Notes under the pieces: model-generated
Told to the model about the DNA's origin: nothing
What the model saw: the letters and a program-made list of their open reading frames with translations, nothing else
Databases searched by the model: none
Shown: positions 30,468-39,972 of the stretch, in pieces
How the letters are laid out: the number at the start of each line of letters is the position of its first letter
How positions within the stretch are numbered: the first letter of the stretch is position 1
Origin: Sandaracinaceae bacterium
GTDB lineage: Bacteria; Myxococcota_A; Polyangia; Polyangiales; Sandaracinaceae
Direction of reading: 5' to 3'
Length of the DNA: 64,000 bases
Assembly (NCBI GenBank): GCA_044220955.1
Contig: JBGAQA010000008.1
Location: 1 to 64,000 of the forward strand
Program-made: the position numbers and the translations under genes

Positions 30468-31238
30468 ATGTCGGGCGCGTGGAGCATCGGTCGGGTCGCG
30501 GGGATTCCCGTTCGCCTTCACTGGTCGCTGCTGGCGCTCGGCGCGTTCGTCGGGCTCACGCAGGGGCAGGGGGCGCTCGGCACGCTGCTCGGCGCCGCCA
30601 TCCTGTTCGCCTCGGTCGTCGCCCACGAGGTCGCGCACGCGCTCACCGCGCGGACGTTCGGCATCGAGACGCGCGACATCGTGCTCACGCCCATCGGCGG
30701 CATCGCGCGCCTCGAGGGGATGCCGGCGAGCGGCCGCGCCGAGGTGGCCATCGCGCTCGCGGGGCCCATCGCGAGCCTCGCGCTCGCCGCGACGGCGTTC
30801 GGTGCCACGTGGCTGCTCGCGCCCGCGGGCCTCGCCGGCTCGGTGCTCGCGACGCTCGCCTGGTCCAACGCGATGCTCGGCCTCTTCAACCTCGTCCCCG
30901 CGTTCCCGCTGGACGGAGGCCGCGTGCTCCGGGGCGTCTTGCACGAGCGCATCGGTCTGCGCCGTGCGACCGACGTCGCGGCGTCCGTCGGCCGGGTCGC
31001 TGCGGTCGCGATGGGCATCGTCGGCCTCTTCTCGGCGAGCGTGTCGCTCGTCTTGATCGCGGTGTTCGTGTGGACGGCGAGCGGGCGCGAGCGCGCCGCC
31101 GTCGACGCGCGCGACCGGTGGGAGCGCCTGCCTCGGGCGTGGGACGCGTACGGTCGCGCGATCCCGGTCGAGCTCGTGCCTGCGGCCTGGCCGACGCGGC
31201 GTCCGGTCGTCGTCACGTGGCGCTCCGACCCGCGCTGA
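30468..31238 (+). CDS. Site-2 protease (peptidase M50)
   Basis: HEVAH, IALAGP, FNLVPAFPLDGGRVL; no CBS domains. Confidence 0.93.
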   Translation: MSGAWSIGRVAGIPVRLHWSLLALGAFVGLTQGQGALGTLLGAAILFASVVAHEVAHALTARTFGIETRDIVLTPIGGIARLEGMPASGRAEVAIALAGPIASLALAATAFGATWLLAPAGLAGSVLATLAWSNAMLGLFNLVPAFPLDGGRVLRGVLHERIGLRRATDVAASVGRVAAVAMGIVGLFSASVSLVLIAVFVWTASGRERAAVDARDRWERLPRAWDAYGRAIPVELVPAAWPTRRPVVVTWRSDPR

Positions 31239-31376
31239 GCACCCGGGCGCCACGACCGACGGAGAGCGCGTCGGGGGCGAGCGAGTCGTCGTCTCGCGAG
31301 ACGCCCTCGACGACACGGTCCGCGCGGTGCTACCGGAGCTGTGCGCGTGCGCTTGGATCGGTCGGGCGTGTGCCGG

Positions 31377-31880
31377 TCACAGATAGATCATGCAGAGCAG
31401 GTCGCTGAGGCTCGGCAGAGTCGTGACCGCGCAGATCTCGTCGATCTCGGCGGCGTCGAGCGTCGATGGGCGGAACACGCAGGTGACCCCCGTGCAACCA
31501 CCGCTCGGGGCACCGGAGCAATCGAAGTCGGGCGCGGCGGCGACGAGCGCGGCCGCGTCGGCGCTCGAGGGGACGCACGCGAAGACGTCGTCGCAGAGCT
31601 GACCCTCGACGAGCGTGCCGCTCGGAGAGAAGCGGACGCGCGAGGGGACGCAGCTCACCGCAGCGTCCGCGCCGTCCGCGGGGGGCGCGTCGCTCGACAC
31701 GAGCGCGTCGACCGCGGGTCCGCTCGCATCGACCGTGACGCCGGTGTCGACCGCGGCGCCGGTGTCGATGGTGCTGCTCCCGGTGTCCGGCGCGCTCGAC
31801 GTCCCACCCGAGCACGAGCAGGCAGGGCCGGTCATGGCGAGCGCGAGGCCGAGAAGGACTCCAAGGGCTGGACGGAGCAT
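31377..31880 (-). CDS. Small Cys-containing lipoprotein
   Basis: Signal peptide with ACSC lipobox-like site, D-rich linker, C-terminal domain GTLVEGQLCDDVFAC...LLCMIYL. Confidence 0.72.
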   Translation of the reverse strand: MLRPALGVLLGLALAMTGPACSCSGGTSSAPDTGSSTIDTGAAVDTGVTVDASGPAVDALVSSDAPPADGADAAVSCVPSRVRFSPSGTLVEGQLCDDVFACVPSSADAAALVAAAPDFDCSGAPSGGCTGVTCVFRPSTLDAAEIDEICAVTTLPSLSDLLCMIYL

Positions 31881-31983
31881 CGCCAAAGAGTACACGACAC
31901 GCAGGATCGCTCCACATCGCACGGGCCGCCGACGAGACGCGATCAGCGAGGATGTGGCCCTGCGATCTGCCGCTCGGCGCACG

Positions 31984-33975
31984 TCAGCGCGGCTTGCAGC
32001 ACTTCTTCCACCGGCGGCCGCTGCCGCACGGGCACGTCGCGGTGTCCGCAGGCGGTGGCTCGCCGGGCGGTGGGCGCCATCGCTCGCGAGCGGGGCCGCG
32101 CGGGGCCTCACGCGCGAGGGCGGCGTTCCTGGCGGCGATGTAGCGCTGCACGGCGGTGTCGTCGGAGATGTCGACGCCGGCCGCGATCATCTCTCCGAAC
32201 AACGACTTCGCCGGGCTCCAGGCTCGCGGGTCGCGCGCTGCGCCGAGGAACGCGGCGCGCTTGTCCCTCGTCACGCGGCGGATACGCTCGGCGTCGGCAG
32301 CATCGAGGTGGTCCGCCTCCTCGAGGAACGTCGCGAACGCTGCGAGCGCGTCGGGGACCGCGTCGATCTCGTGCGCGCGCCAGAGCACCTTGCGCGGGCC
32401 GTAGCTGCGCATGAAGTCGGCGACGGATGACGTCGTGAGCCACGCCCGGGTGTTGCCCTCCGCCTGCGCTTGCCCGAAGAGCGCCTGCGGTATTCCGCGG
32501 GAGACCTCGACGACGGCGTCGGAGAGGCCGCGGTGCAGGGTCCAGTCCACGAACGCCGCGGCGAGGACGCTGATGTCGGGCTCGTCATCTTCGTGCTCCG
32601 CGAGGTCGTCGTCATCGAGGTCACCGTCGTCGTCGAGATCGTCGTGGTCGAGATCGTCGAGATCGTCGAGATCGCCCGCTTCGTCGTCGCCGTCCTCGGT
32701 CGCATCGGCGCGCTCCTCGTCCTCGTCCTCGTCTTCTTCGGCCTCGAGCACGAGCCGCACGTCGACTGCGCCACGGTCGATCTCGATGGTCGTGCTCGCG
32801 CTCTGCTCGGCGTCGTTGTCGACATCGAGCGCTGGGGCGAGCCGCGTGATGGCGATCGCTGCCGCGATGATCACGCGCAGCTCGTGGGCGTCCGGCTCGC
32901 GCCAGGTATCCTCGTCGACGCGTGCGTGTGCGTTCGGGACGAACTGGCCTTCGCTGAGCGGCCAGCCGTTGGCGATTCGCTCGCGCAAGAACGTGAGGGG
33001 CATGTCGGCGCGTTCGTCGAGCATGAGCGCGAGGTCGGGCTCTTCGGCGTCGCGACGCTCGCGAAGCGCGATGCCGCTCGGCTGCCACGACGTGCGCGCC
33101 CAGCCGCTCCACGTCGTAGCGCCGGTGAGCTCGACGCGAACATCACGCCACTCGTCGATGTCCAGCCACGGCTGCTCGCAGCCGAGCGCCGCCGCGGCCG
33201 CGTACATCTCCGCGACGAGCGCCGCCGGGATCACACCGCCGCACAGGTAGCCGCCGTTGGCGGAACCGAGCGCGGGTGCGCTCGTCAAGCGCCGTCTCTC
33301 GAGGTGCGAGCCGACGATCCATGCGCCTTGGGCGCGGACGTCGTCGTGCCGCTCGCTCAGCCGACGCAGCAGCTTGCTGTCGGCGATGGCCTCGCCCCAG
33401 AGTGCGCGGCCGAGGCTGTCACCGGTCCGTGCGCTGCGGCCGAGCCGCCCGACCGCCGACGCCGGCTCTCCGCCACCGAAGGGCACGAAGTGCAGCGACG
33501 TCTCGCCGCAGGTGCACGCAGGGTCCGGGCACGAGGCGTCGAGCACGTACCACCACGCGCCGTCGCGCACGACGTACGGCGTGAGGTCGTGCGGGAAGAT
33601 GTCGGCGTGGTGCACCTTATCCCCCGGCTGCCAGTCGCTCGGCGCTTCCCTGACTCGCCCGGCAGGAAGCGCGCGCCGCGCACGCGCACGAGCGAAGCGA
33701 TGATCGAGGACGTCGCGGTGCTCGGTCACCCACTGCCGGAGCCACGGGGCGTCGACCTCGAGGAGGCGCCGCGCGGCGTCGCTCGCCGGCTCGAGCACGC
33801 CGGCGTCGTAGGTGAACACGCCACGGCTCGCGCTCTCGTCGCGCTGGTGGATCACGATGTGCGCGGTGAGGCAACGCGGCGCGGCGCAGAGCGACGCGTC
33901 GAGCACGTACGCCTCGCCGCCCGGAGCCACCGCCACGACCGGCAGACCGGAGTCGAGCTTGAATGAGGTCAGCAT
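31984..33975 (-). CDS. Multidomain SEC-C (Zn-binding) motif protein
   Basis: C-terminal CPCGSGRRWKKCC; internal CPDPACTC; long acidic linker. Confidence 0.85.
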   Translation of the reverse strand: MLTSFKLDSGLPVVAVAPGGEAYVLDASLCAAPRCLTAHIVIHQRDESASRGVFTYDAGVLEPASDAARRLLEVDAPWLRQWVTEHRDVLDHRFARARARRALPAGRVREAPSDWQPGDKVHHADIFPHDLTPYVVRDGAWWYVLDASCPDPACTCGETSLHFVPFGGGEPASAVGRLGRSARTGDSLGRALWGEAIADSKLLRRLSERHDDVRAQGAWIVGSHLERRRLTSAPALGSANGGYLCGGVIPAALVAEMYAAAAALGCEQPWLDIDEWRDVRVELTGATTWSGWARTSWQPSGIALRERRDAEEPDLALMLDERADMPLTFLRERIANGWPLSEGQFVPNAHARVDEDTWREPDAHELRVIIAAAIAITRLAPALDVDNDAEQSASTTIEIDRGAVDVRLVLEAEEDEDEDEERADATEDGDDEAGDLDDLDDLDHDDLDDDGDLDDDDLAEHEDDEPDISVLAAAFVDWTLHRGLSDAVVEVSRGIPQALFGQAQAEGNTRAWLTTSSVADFMRSYGPRKVLWRAHEIDAVPDALAAFATFLEEADHLDAADAERIRRVTRDKRAAFLGAARDPRAWSPAKSLFGEMIAAGVDISDDTAVQRYIAARNAALAREAPRGPARERWRPPPGEPPPADTATCPCGSGRRWKKCCKPR

Positions 33976-34324
33976 CGTGCGTCCGTTCTACCAGACCCCG
34001 CGGGCACCTTGGATGGGACGAGGCCGGTCGCCATGGCGGGCGCGCCCCTCGCGTCGAGTGCGCTGACCTCGGGCAATCCCGCGGACCAGGCCGAGTGGAA
34101 ACGCTGGGATCGGTGCCCGTGTGCCCGGGCATGACGCGGCCGCCTGGCCTCGCGAGCGAGTCGAGTGCGTCGTGGATGGGCTCGCGCACGCTCGGGGGAC
34201 CGCTCCGCTGCAGCTCGCGGCCGACGAGATCTGCGCGACCGCGTCGCCGCGGCATCGACTGGAGCTCGCCGCCGTCGCCCTCCCGTCTTCGTGATCTTCC
34301 AGCTCCCTGCGATCTCTGCGCCGG

Positions 34325-34801
34325 TCATCGCTCCTTCTTCTGGTCCGTCTTCGCTCCCGGCCCGAGCGCGGCGACCTCATCGGCCTCACCGGTGCTCGCG
34401 TCGAGCACCTGACGGATGACGCGGTCGGTCACCTGGTGCAGGTGCGCGTGAAGCTCCTTATCGATCGCGACGTAGTGCGGCCAGAGCGTCTCGTCCACGA
34501 AGCGCTTGCTGACCTTGAGCATCACGCTCTGCCGATGCTGGCCGTGCAGCCGGTACGGACGAAGCCCGTAGCGTCGCGCGAGCGCGTTGAAGACCTGGCG
34601 CGACCACGGGTCCGGGAGCGAGAATCGGTACTCGATCGGCGGGTCAGCCGTGAACAGCTCGGCGAGCCGCGCGAGGATGCGCTGCTTCGCGTTCGCGGCG
34701 GCGTCGCGCTCGCCCGGCGTCGTCGCACCAGCGTGGAGCGCCTCGATGCGTCGGAGCTTCTCGATGAGCGCCGCTTCGTCGGGGATGGCCATCGCCGACA
34801 T
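34325..34801 (-). CDS. Hypothetical protein of a type seen in mobile islands
   Basis: LIEKLRRIEALHAGATTPGERDAA...EYRFSLPDPWSRQVFNALARRYGLRPYR...FVDETLWP; family recognised from memory, function unknown. Confidence 0.8.
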   Translation of the reverse strand: MSAMAIPDEAALIEKLRRIEALHAGATTPGERDAAANAKQRILARLAELFTADPPIEYRFSLPDPWSRQVFNALARRYGLRPYRLHGQHRQSVMLKVSKRFVDETLWPHYVAIDKELHAHLHQVTDRVIRQVLDASTGEADEVAALGPGAKTDQKKER

Positions 34802-34939
34802 GATCGCACGCCTCGCGGCGGTCCGTCGTCGCCGTCCCGGCCCCGTCCGCGCACGAGGTCCGTGTCACACGCACGGCGGACACCGCCGCGGCACGAGGCT
34901 GGCGACCACCGTCGGCACGCTCGCTGCGCCAGCCGCCTG

Positions 34940-35280
34940 CGGACAAGATCGAGCGCGGTCGCTGCGGGCGCCGAGACCCGCATCGTGCCGGTCGGCGTCT
35001 TCGTCGCGAGGACCGGGACGCCCTCGACGTCGTGCCGAACGAAGAATCGGATCCGCGTACGACCGACGGCGACGGGTCGCAGTGGTGTGCTCGTCATGAC
35101 CTGGAGCTCCTGCGGTGCGTGGTGCGCCGCGCCGTGGGGCGCCGCCGCCGAGAGCAGCGCCACGTAGTAGGGCTGCTCGTGGAACCGCATCAGCGCATCG
35201 ACGTACCAGCTCGGCGGCGGCGCCCCGGCGTCACGGTACTCGGCCGGGACGATCACGTAGAAGCCGCGCCGGGGACGAAG
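34940..35280 (-). pseudogene. Internal fragment of a second AbiEi antitoxin
   Basis: RGFYVIVPAEYR...PYYVALLSAAAPHGAAHHAPQELQVM...TPTGTMRVSAPAATALDLV aligns with the intact antitoxin at 36260-37039; lacks both termini. Confidence 0.85.
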
Positions 35281-35447
35281 AGGACCCCGTCGGCTCGGGC
35301 GGGAAGGCTTCCGAGCGCTCGCGAATGTCGTCTTCGTTGAACATGGAGGCGCTGCGGCGTCTCAGTGATAGCGAACGGCCGGAAACCACAACAAGGAGTG
35401 GCCGCGCCGCCCATGCCGAAGCCGTGGCTCCGTCCTGCCGAGCGGTG

Positions 35448-36263
35448 TCAGCGCGTGCCTTCCACGGCTCCCCCGGCAGCTGAGTGACGATGCGCTCGCG
35501 GACGTGCTCGAGCGCGGCATCGACGTCCCATCGCCGCCCGTGCGTGAGCAGCGGGGAGAGGTCGGCCCGGAACGTCGCGTCGCGCTCCTTCTGCGCGAGG
35601 TTCTTCTCGAAGATGGCGCGGCTCACGCGCTCGCCTTCGGCCTCGAGGTACCGCTCGAACGAGGTGATGATCTTCGCCGGGTCGGCCGCCGTCTCGCGCA
35701 GCGCGAGGTCGAGGTCGAAGAGGTCGCGCGCCTTCTTGCGCTGGAAGAGCGCCCGCAGCTTCGTCCCGAGCAGCTCGTCGAGCTGGTAGGTCGTCACCGC
35801 CGCCTCGCCGGAGAACCAGCGCGAGGTCGTCTCGATCTGCTCTTGGTGGAGGCCGAGCACGGTGAAGTGCTCGCGCACGTTGATCTCCACCTTGAGCTTC
35901 AGCTTCAGCGGCGGGACGTCCTCGGACTCGAAGCGGTAGAGCAGCGTCACGCGGCCCTGGCTCTGCTTCCACTGTGGCCGGCCGAGCCAGCCGTCGAGCG
36001 CGTCGTGGATGGCGTCGAGCACCGGCCCGATCGGGCCCGACGCCACCTGCACGAGGTCGATGTCCTCCGAGTAGCGGGCGGGGGGCCGGACGTGGAGCTT
36101 GTAGAGCGCGGTGCCACCGCGGAACGCCAGCGCTTCCCGCACGAGCGGTCGCCGGTACAGCTCGATGAGCGCGCGGGTGATGACGAGGTCCTGCTCGACC
36201 TGTGCGTCCTCGATCCACGGCGCGTGCTCGCGCCACTCGGGTGATGAAGTCGCGCGGGATCAT
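35448..36263 (-). pseudogene. abiEii: AbiEii nucleotidyltransferase toxin (type IV TA), frameshifted as sequenced
   Basis: MIPRDFIT, then a +1 shift into EWREHAPWIEDAQVEQDLVITRAL...FRGGTALYKLH...RYSEDIDL...GTKLRALFQRKKARDLFDL...LPGEPWK. Extra base at 36239-36241 and a probable missing base at 35458-35459. Confidence 0.88.
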
Positions 36264-37039
36264 GAGTCCGCCTCGATGCGAGCGTTCGCGAGCACGCGCC
36301 AGCGCGGGACACGGCGACCGCGCCGGCGGGAGCCCGTCACGAGCGGCACGTACTGCGTGACGACCTCATCGACGTGTGCGGCCAGGTCCGCGGCGACCTC
36401 CGCGTGGCCTACCGTGTCGAGCAAGTAGCCGAGACGCTGCGCCCACGGCACCGGGGCGACCGCCGCCACGCGCACGAGACGCTTCGCGTCGAGCGACTCG
36501 CCAAGCTCGCGCAGGACGGAGGCAACCACGTCGACGCCACCAACACGATCGGGGTAGCCCACGAGATCGAAGGCCGTCGCCTCGGGGCTCGAGATCCGCA
36601 TCTGGCCCCGCGGCGTGTTCACCGTGATCGTCGGCACCTCGCGCACGGCGGTGCGCACGACGAAGCGAACGCGCACCTTGCCGCAGACGATCGGTCGCCG
36701 AGGCTTGCCGACCATGACCTGGAGCTCCTGCGGCCGATGGTGCGCGGCACCGTGATGCGCCGCCGCCGAGAGCAGGCCAACGTAGTACGGCTCGCCCAGG
36801 CGCTGCATCAGCTGCGGGATGAACTGCTCCGCGGGCACGCAGCCGAGACGCCGGTACTCGGGCGGGACGATGACGTAGAACCCGCGCACCGGCGCCGCGA
36901 TCTCGCCCTTCTTCACCAGCCGGCGCAGCACGGCCTGCGCGGCGACCGCAGAGCCCCCGAGCGCACGCTGGGCCTCCCGCGACGTGAAGTCGTGGCGGCC
37001 GCGCGAGGCGAGTTCGGTGATGTACGGGGTGCCTAGCAT
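36260..37039 (-). CDS. abiEi: AbiEi antitoxin (type IV TA)
   Basis: GRHDFT, RGFYVIVPPEYR, YYVGLLSAAAHHGAAHHRPQ, ISSPEATAFDL, QRLGYLL. Its stop overlaps the toxin ATG. Confidence 0.92.
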   Translation of the reverse strand: MLGTPYITELASRGRHDFTSREAQRALGGSAVAAQAVLRRLVKKGEIAAPVRGFYVIVPPEYRRLGCVPAEQFIPQLMQRLGEPYYVGLLSAAAHHGAAHHRPQELQVMVGKPRRPIVCGKVRVRFVVRTAVREVPTITVNTPRGQMRISSPEATAFDLVGYPDRVGGVDVVASVLRELGESLDAKRLVRVAAVAPVPWAQRLGYLLDTVGHAEVAADLAAHVDEVVTQYVPLVTGSRRRGRRVPRWRVLANARIEADS

Positions 37040-37559
37040 CTCGATCTGTTTGCCGAAACTAACGGGACGCATCACTTTACGCAAACGGGTGCGTCACCGT
37101 CGGTCTTCGACCGGTACAAGCACAGTGCGTGATGTGATGCGTTCGGCGCACATGACGCACCGGGGCTGTCCCGACGGTCGTGGCGGCGCCGGGGCGAGGC
37201 GCGCTTCCCCGATCTCGGCCTTCGGCCGTACGATCTTCGGGCATGGAAGCCGTGCTGTGCCAGTCGACAGAGACCGAGGGGCAGATCGCGATCGCCGCCA
37301 GGCGGGGCCGGTGCTTCTCCTTCCGCGCGCTCGACCCCGGCCGCAACGCCTCGAGAGAGGTCGCCCCGCTCGTGAGCGCGTACTTCGAGTTGGTGCTCGG
37401 GCGGCCCGAGGAGGACGAGCGCGTGCAGCTGGCCGTGTCTGCCGCGCTCGGCCTCGATCGTGTCGGCTCCGGGCCTGGCTGCGGCCGTGCTCGATCCGCA
37501 TCCCTGGCAACCGTTCCTGTGCGCCCTCGTGGCGGCCCAGGGCGCCGAACGCACGCCGG

Positions 37560-37790
37560 CGCTCCACGACCTCCGGCACTCGTTCATCTCGAATCAGCTC
37601 GCGGCGGGAACGCCGATCCACGTCGTCCGCGACATGGCGGCCCACCGCAACCTGGTGATCACCGCGCGCTACGCGCACGGCACCGACGAGGCTCGGCGCG
37701 CGGCGTTCGACCGCGTGCAGATCGAGGTCGGCGCGGGACCCGATCGGCGCACCGATCCGGTCGCCGTGGCACCAACCGTGGCACCAAGCG
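37560..37790 (+). pseudogene. C-terminal remnant of a tyrosine recombinase (integrase)
   Basis: LHDLRHSFISNQLAAGTPIHVVRDMAAHRNLVITARYAH carries the HxxR...H...Y catalytic box; no upstream catalytic Arg region; points at the tRNA 3' end. Confidence 0.85.
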
Positions 37791-37848
37791 TCGTGGAAGT
37801 ACTTCGGCGGAAGGCCAGCAAGTCCCGGAAAACACGGGACGAAGGTGA

Positions 37849-37923
<75 letters not shown>

Positions 37924-37936
37924 GAAACGGAGCGCG

Positions 37937-37964
37937 AAAGTAGCGGAAGGGTCGGGGCTGTCAA
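37937..37964 (-). promoter_or_regulatory. Sigma70-type promoter of tRNA-Phe
   Basis: Minus strand TTGACA (37964-37959), 16-bp spacer, TACTTT (37942-37937), 14 nt before the tRNA. Confidence 0.75.
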
Positions 37965-37997
37965 GCGCGGGGGGGCGCGGTTCTACGAGAATTTGCC

Positions 37998-39104
37998 GTG
38001 GCGGCGTCCGACGCGGGACACTTCGTGCGCGTGGACTCTCGGAACGCGGCGCTGCATCGACTTCTCTTGGATGCGCAACAGGGCGGGCAGGCCAAGGTCG
38101 ACGCGCTCATCGCGCTCACGCAGCGCACCGTGTTCGTGGTGCCCTGGCCCAACCCGGCGGACGGCTATCGGACACTGGTGAACTCCGGCGGGCTGGCGGC
38201 GCTGCCGATCTTCACCGACGCACAGGGGCTGCACGAGGCGGCGAGCCGCTTCGGCTGGGTGGACGCGAGCGGAAACGTCGCACACGCCGAGATCGGATCA
38301 CGGCAGGCGCTCTCGTTCGCGCGCGAGCGTCAGCTGGCGTTCGTCGTGGTGGACATCGCCGCCGACCACTCGCTCGAGATCTCGGCCGCCGAGATCGAGC
38401 CACTGCTGACGCCCGCCGCGCGTCGTGAGTCACAGGGGCCCTTCGCCGGCGCGGGCCGCATCTCGAGCACGCTGATGCGCTCGGTGATGCCCATGACCGC
38501 CGGCGCGACCGGTCCGACACGACCGCCGACACCGCCACCCGGCAGCGTGCCGGCCGCGAGCCCGAAGAACACTCCGTACCCCGGCACGCTCGCTCAGCGA
38601 CCGCAGGTGCACGCGCCTCCTCCCGGCTCGAGTCCCGGCAACGTGGCCGCTCCCGCGATGACGCCGGGCTCGAGTCCCGGCAACGTCGCGGCGCCGCCCG
38701 CGACGGGCTCGAGCCCCGGCGCGGCCCCGGCCCGCGGCCGCACCAGCGGGTCGAGCCCGGGGATGATCGCCGTCGTGCAGGCCAAGGGCCCGCCCTCGCC
38801 GCTGCTCCCCACGCAGCCGCTCTCACCGCTGAAGGCGATGGTCGACGCGCAACAGCTGGACATGCTCGAGATCGTGCTGCGCGAGTACCCGGAGGTGGAG
38901 TGGGCGTGCCTCGGTCTCGCCGGCGGCGCGCTCGCGATGGGGCTGCGCCTCGACGATCGGCTGCGCACGCGCCTGGAGGCGCTCGCCGCCGAGGTCGGAC
39001 GCGTGTCGAACGGGATGCCCATCGTGCTGCTCGACGATCCGAAGCTGATGCGCGCCGCACGCGCCGAGGCCTACGCGTTCTATCCGTGGCGCAAGAAGGG
39101 CTGA
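37998..39104 (+). CDS. SseB-like protein with central Pro/Gly/Ser repeat linker
   Basis: VFVVPW...ALPIFTD...FVVVDIA..HSLEI N-terminal domain; GSSPG repeats; YPEVEWACL C-terminal domain. Confidence 0.7.
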   Translation: MAASDAGHFVRVDSRNAALHRLLLDAQQGGQAKVDALIALTQRTVFVVPWPNPADGYRTLVNSGGLAALPIFTDAQGLHEAASRFGWVDASGNVAHAEIGSRQALSFARERQLAFVVVDIAADHSLEISAAEIEPLLTPAARRESQGPFAGAGRISSTLMRSVMPMTAGATGPTRPPTPPPGSVPAASPKNTPYPGTLAQRPQVHAPPPGSSPGNVAAPAMTPGSSPGNVAAPPATGSSPGAAPARGRTSGSSPGMIAVVQAKGPPSPLLPTQPLSPLKAMVDAQQLDMLEIVLREYPEVEWACLGLAGGALAMGLRLDDRLRTRLEALAAEVGRVSNGMPIVLLDDPKLMRAARAEAYAFYPWRKKG

Positions 39105-39134
39105 AGAGCTGTCCCGAGATCAGGACGGCTCTTC
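39103..39134 (+). terminator. Stem-loop immediately after the SseB-like stop
   Basis: GAAGAGCTGTCC-8 nt-GGACGGCTCTTC, a 12-bp stem with one wobble; no strong U tract. Confidence 0.5.
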
Positions 39135-39408
39135 TCGCGCAGCGATGCGAGGGGGAGGCTCCCCTCCAATTCACCCGGTGTGGAGCGGGCCGCGTATCGG
39201 CCCCGGCCAACCGAGCTAGCCATCCGACATCCTGCGCGGATGGCGGACGTGCACGCCTCGCGTCGCCGTCAGTTCCCGCACGCGGCGAGCCGCGCGTGTG
39301 CTGACGCTCGCGCCGGCGCGAGCGCACGCCTCTCACGTCGAGTGTGGCGGTCCGTTGGAACGGGGGCTGCTATGAGCGTCCGGTCGCGTGTTTCCAAGGA
39401 GGTCGGTC

Positions 39409-39972
39409 ATGGGTCGGGTTCGCTCTCTCTTCGCGCTCTTCGTGCTCGCCCTCGTGCTGACGACGGCGGGCCTCGCGCACGCCACGGTGGTCGTACCTCT
39501 CTCCGTCGAGCAGCAGGTGGCGCAGGCCGACCTCGTCGTGCGCGCGCGCGTCGTCGCGATGCAGAGCGCCTTCGTCCCGGAGCGCGGCGCGATCCTCACG
39601 TACACCGAGCTGAGCGTCACCGACGTGATGAAGGGGCAAGCGCCCGCGACGCTCGTGCTCCGCCAGATGGGCGGTACGGCCGACGGCCAGACGATGCTCG
39701 TCCCGGGCGATGCGCACCTGACGACGGGGGACGACGTGATCCTCTTTCTCCGCCGCGATCCGTCGGGCGGGGACAACGTGTTCTTGCTCTCGCTCGCGCA
39801 GTCCGCGTGGTTCGTGAGCGGGCAGCGGGCCTCGCGAGATCTCTCGCAGCTCACGTTCGCCGTTCTCGGCGGTCCCGCCGGCACGCAGCTGAGCGAGCCC
39901 GGGCGCGAGGCGTCGGTGGACGTCGCCGAGCTGGTTGCGGAGATCCGCAGCCTCGTGGGAGGTGCGCGATGA
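39409..39972 (+). CDS. Secreted protein partnered with the matrixin gene
   Basis: AAGGAGG RBS, signal peptide ending AHA, ADLVVRARV...GGTADGQTMLVPG...GDDVILFL; stop overlaps the next ATG. Confidence 0.85.
   Translation: MGRVRSLFALFVLALVLTTAGLAHATVVVPLSVEQQVAQADLVVRARVVAMQSAFVPERGAILTYTELSVTDVMKGQAPATLVLRQMGGTADGQTMLVPGDAHLTTGDDVILFLRRDPSGGDNVFLLSLAQSAWFVSGQRASRDLSQLTFAVLGGPAGTQLSEPGREASVDVAELVAEIRSLVGGAR

Noticed and set aside
31900..34320. Second att site duplicating the tRNA-Phe 3' end
   Set aside because: No copy of TGCCCAGGGACAGAATCGAA found by eye, so the island boundary is left open.
33980..34320. Possible ncRNA in the island gap
   Set aside because: No recognisable RNA motif or convincing long stem; cannot be supported without a covariance search.
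37180..37560. Possible gene fragment upstream of the integrase remnant (SAYFELVLGRPEEDERVQLAV)
   Set aside because: Protein-like for a short stretch, but no recognisable family, start or coherent frame.
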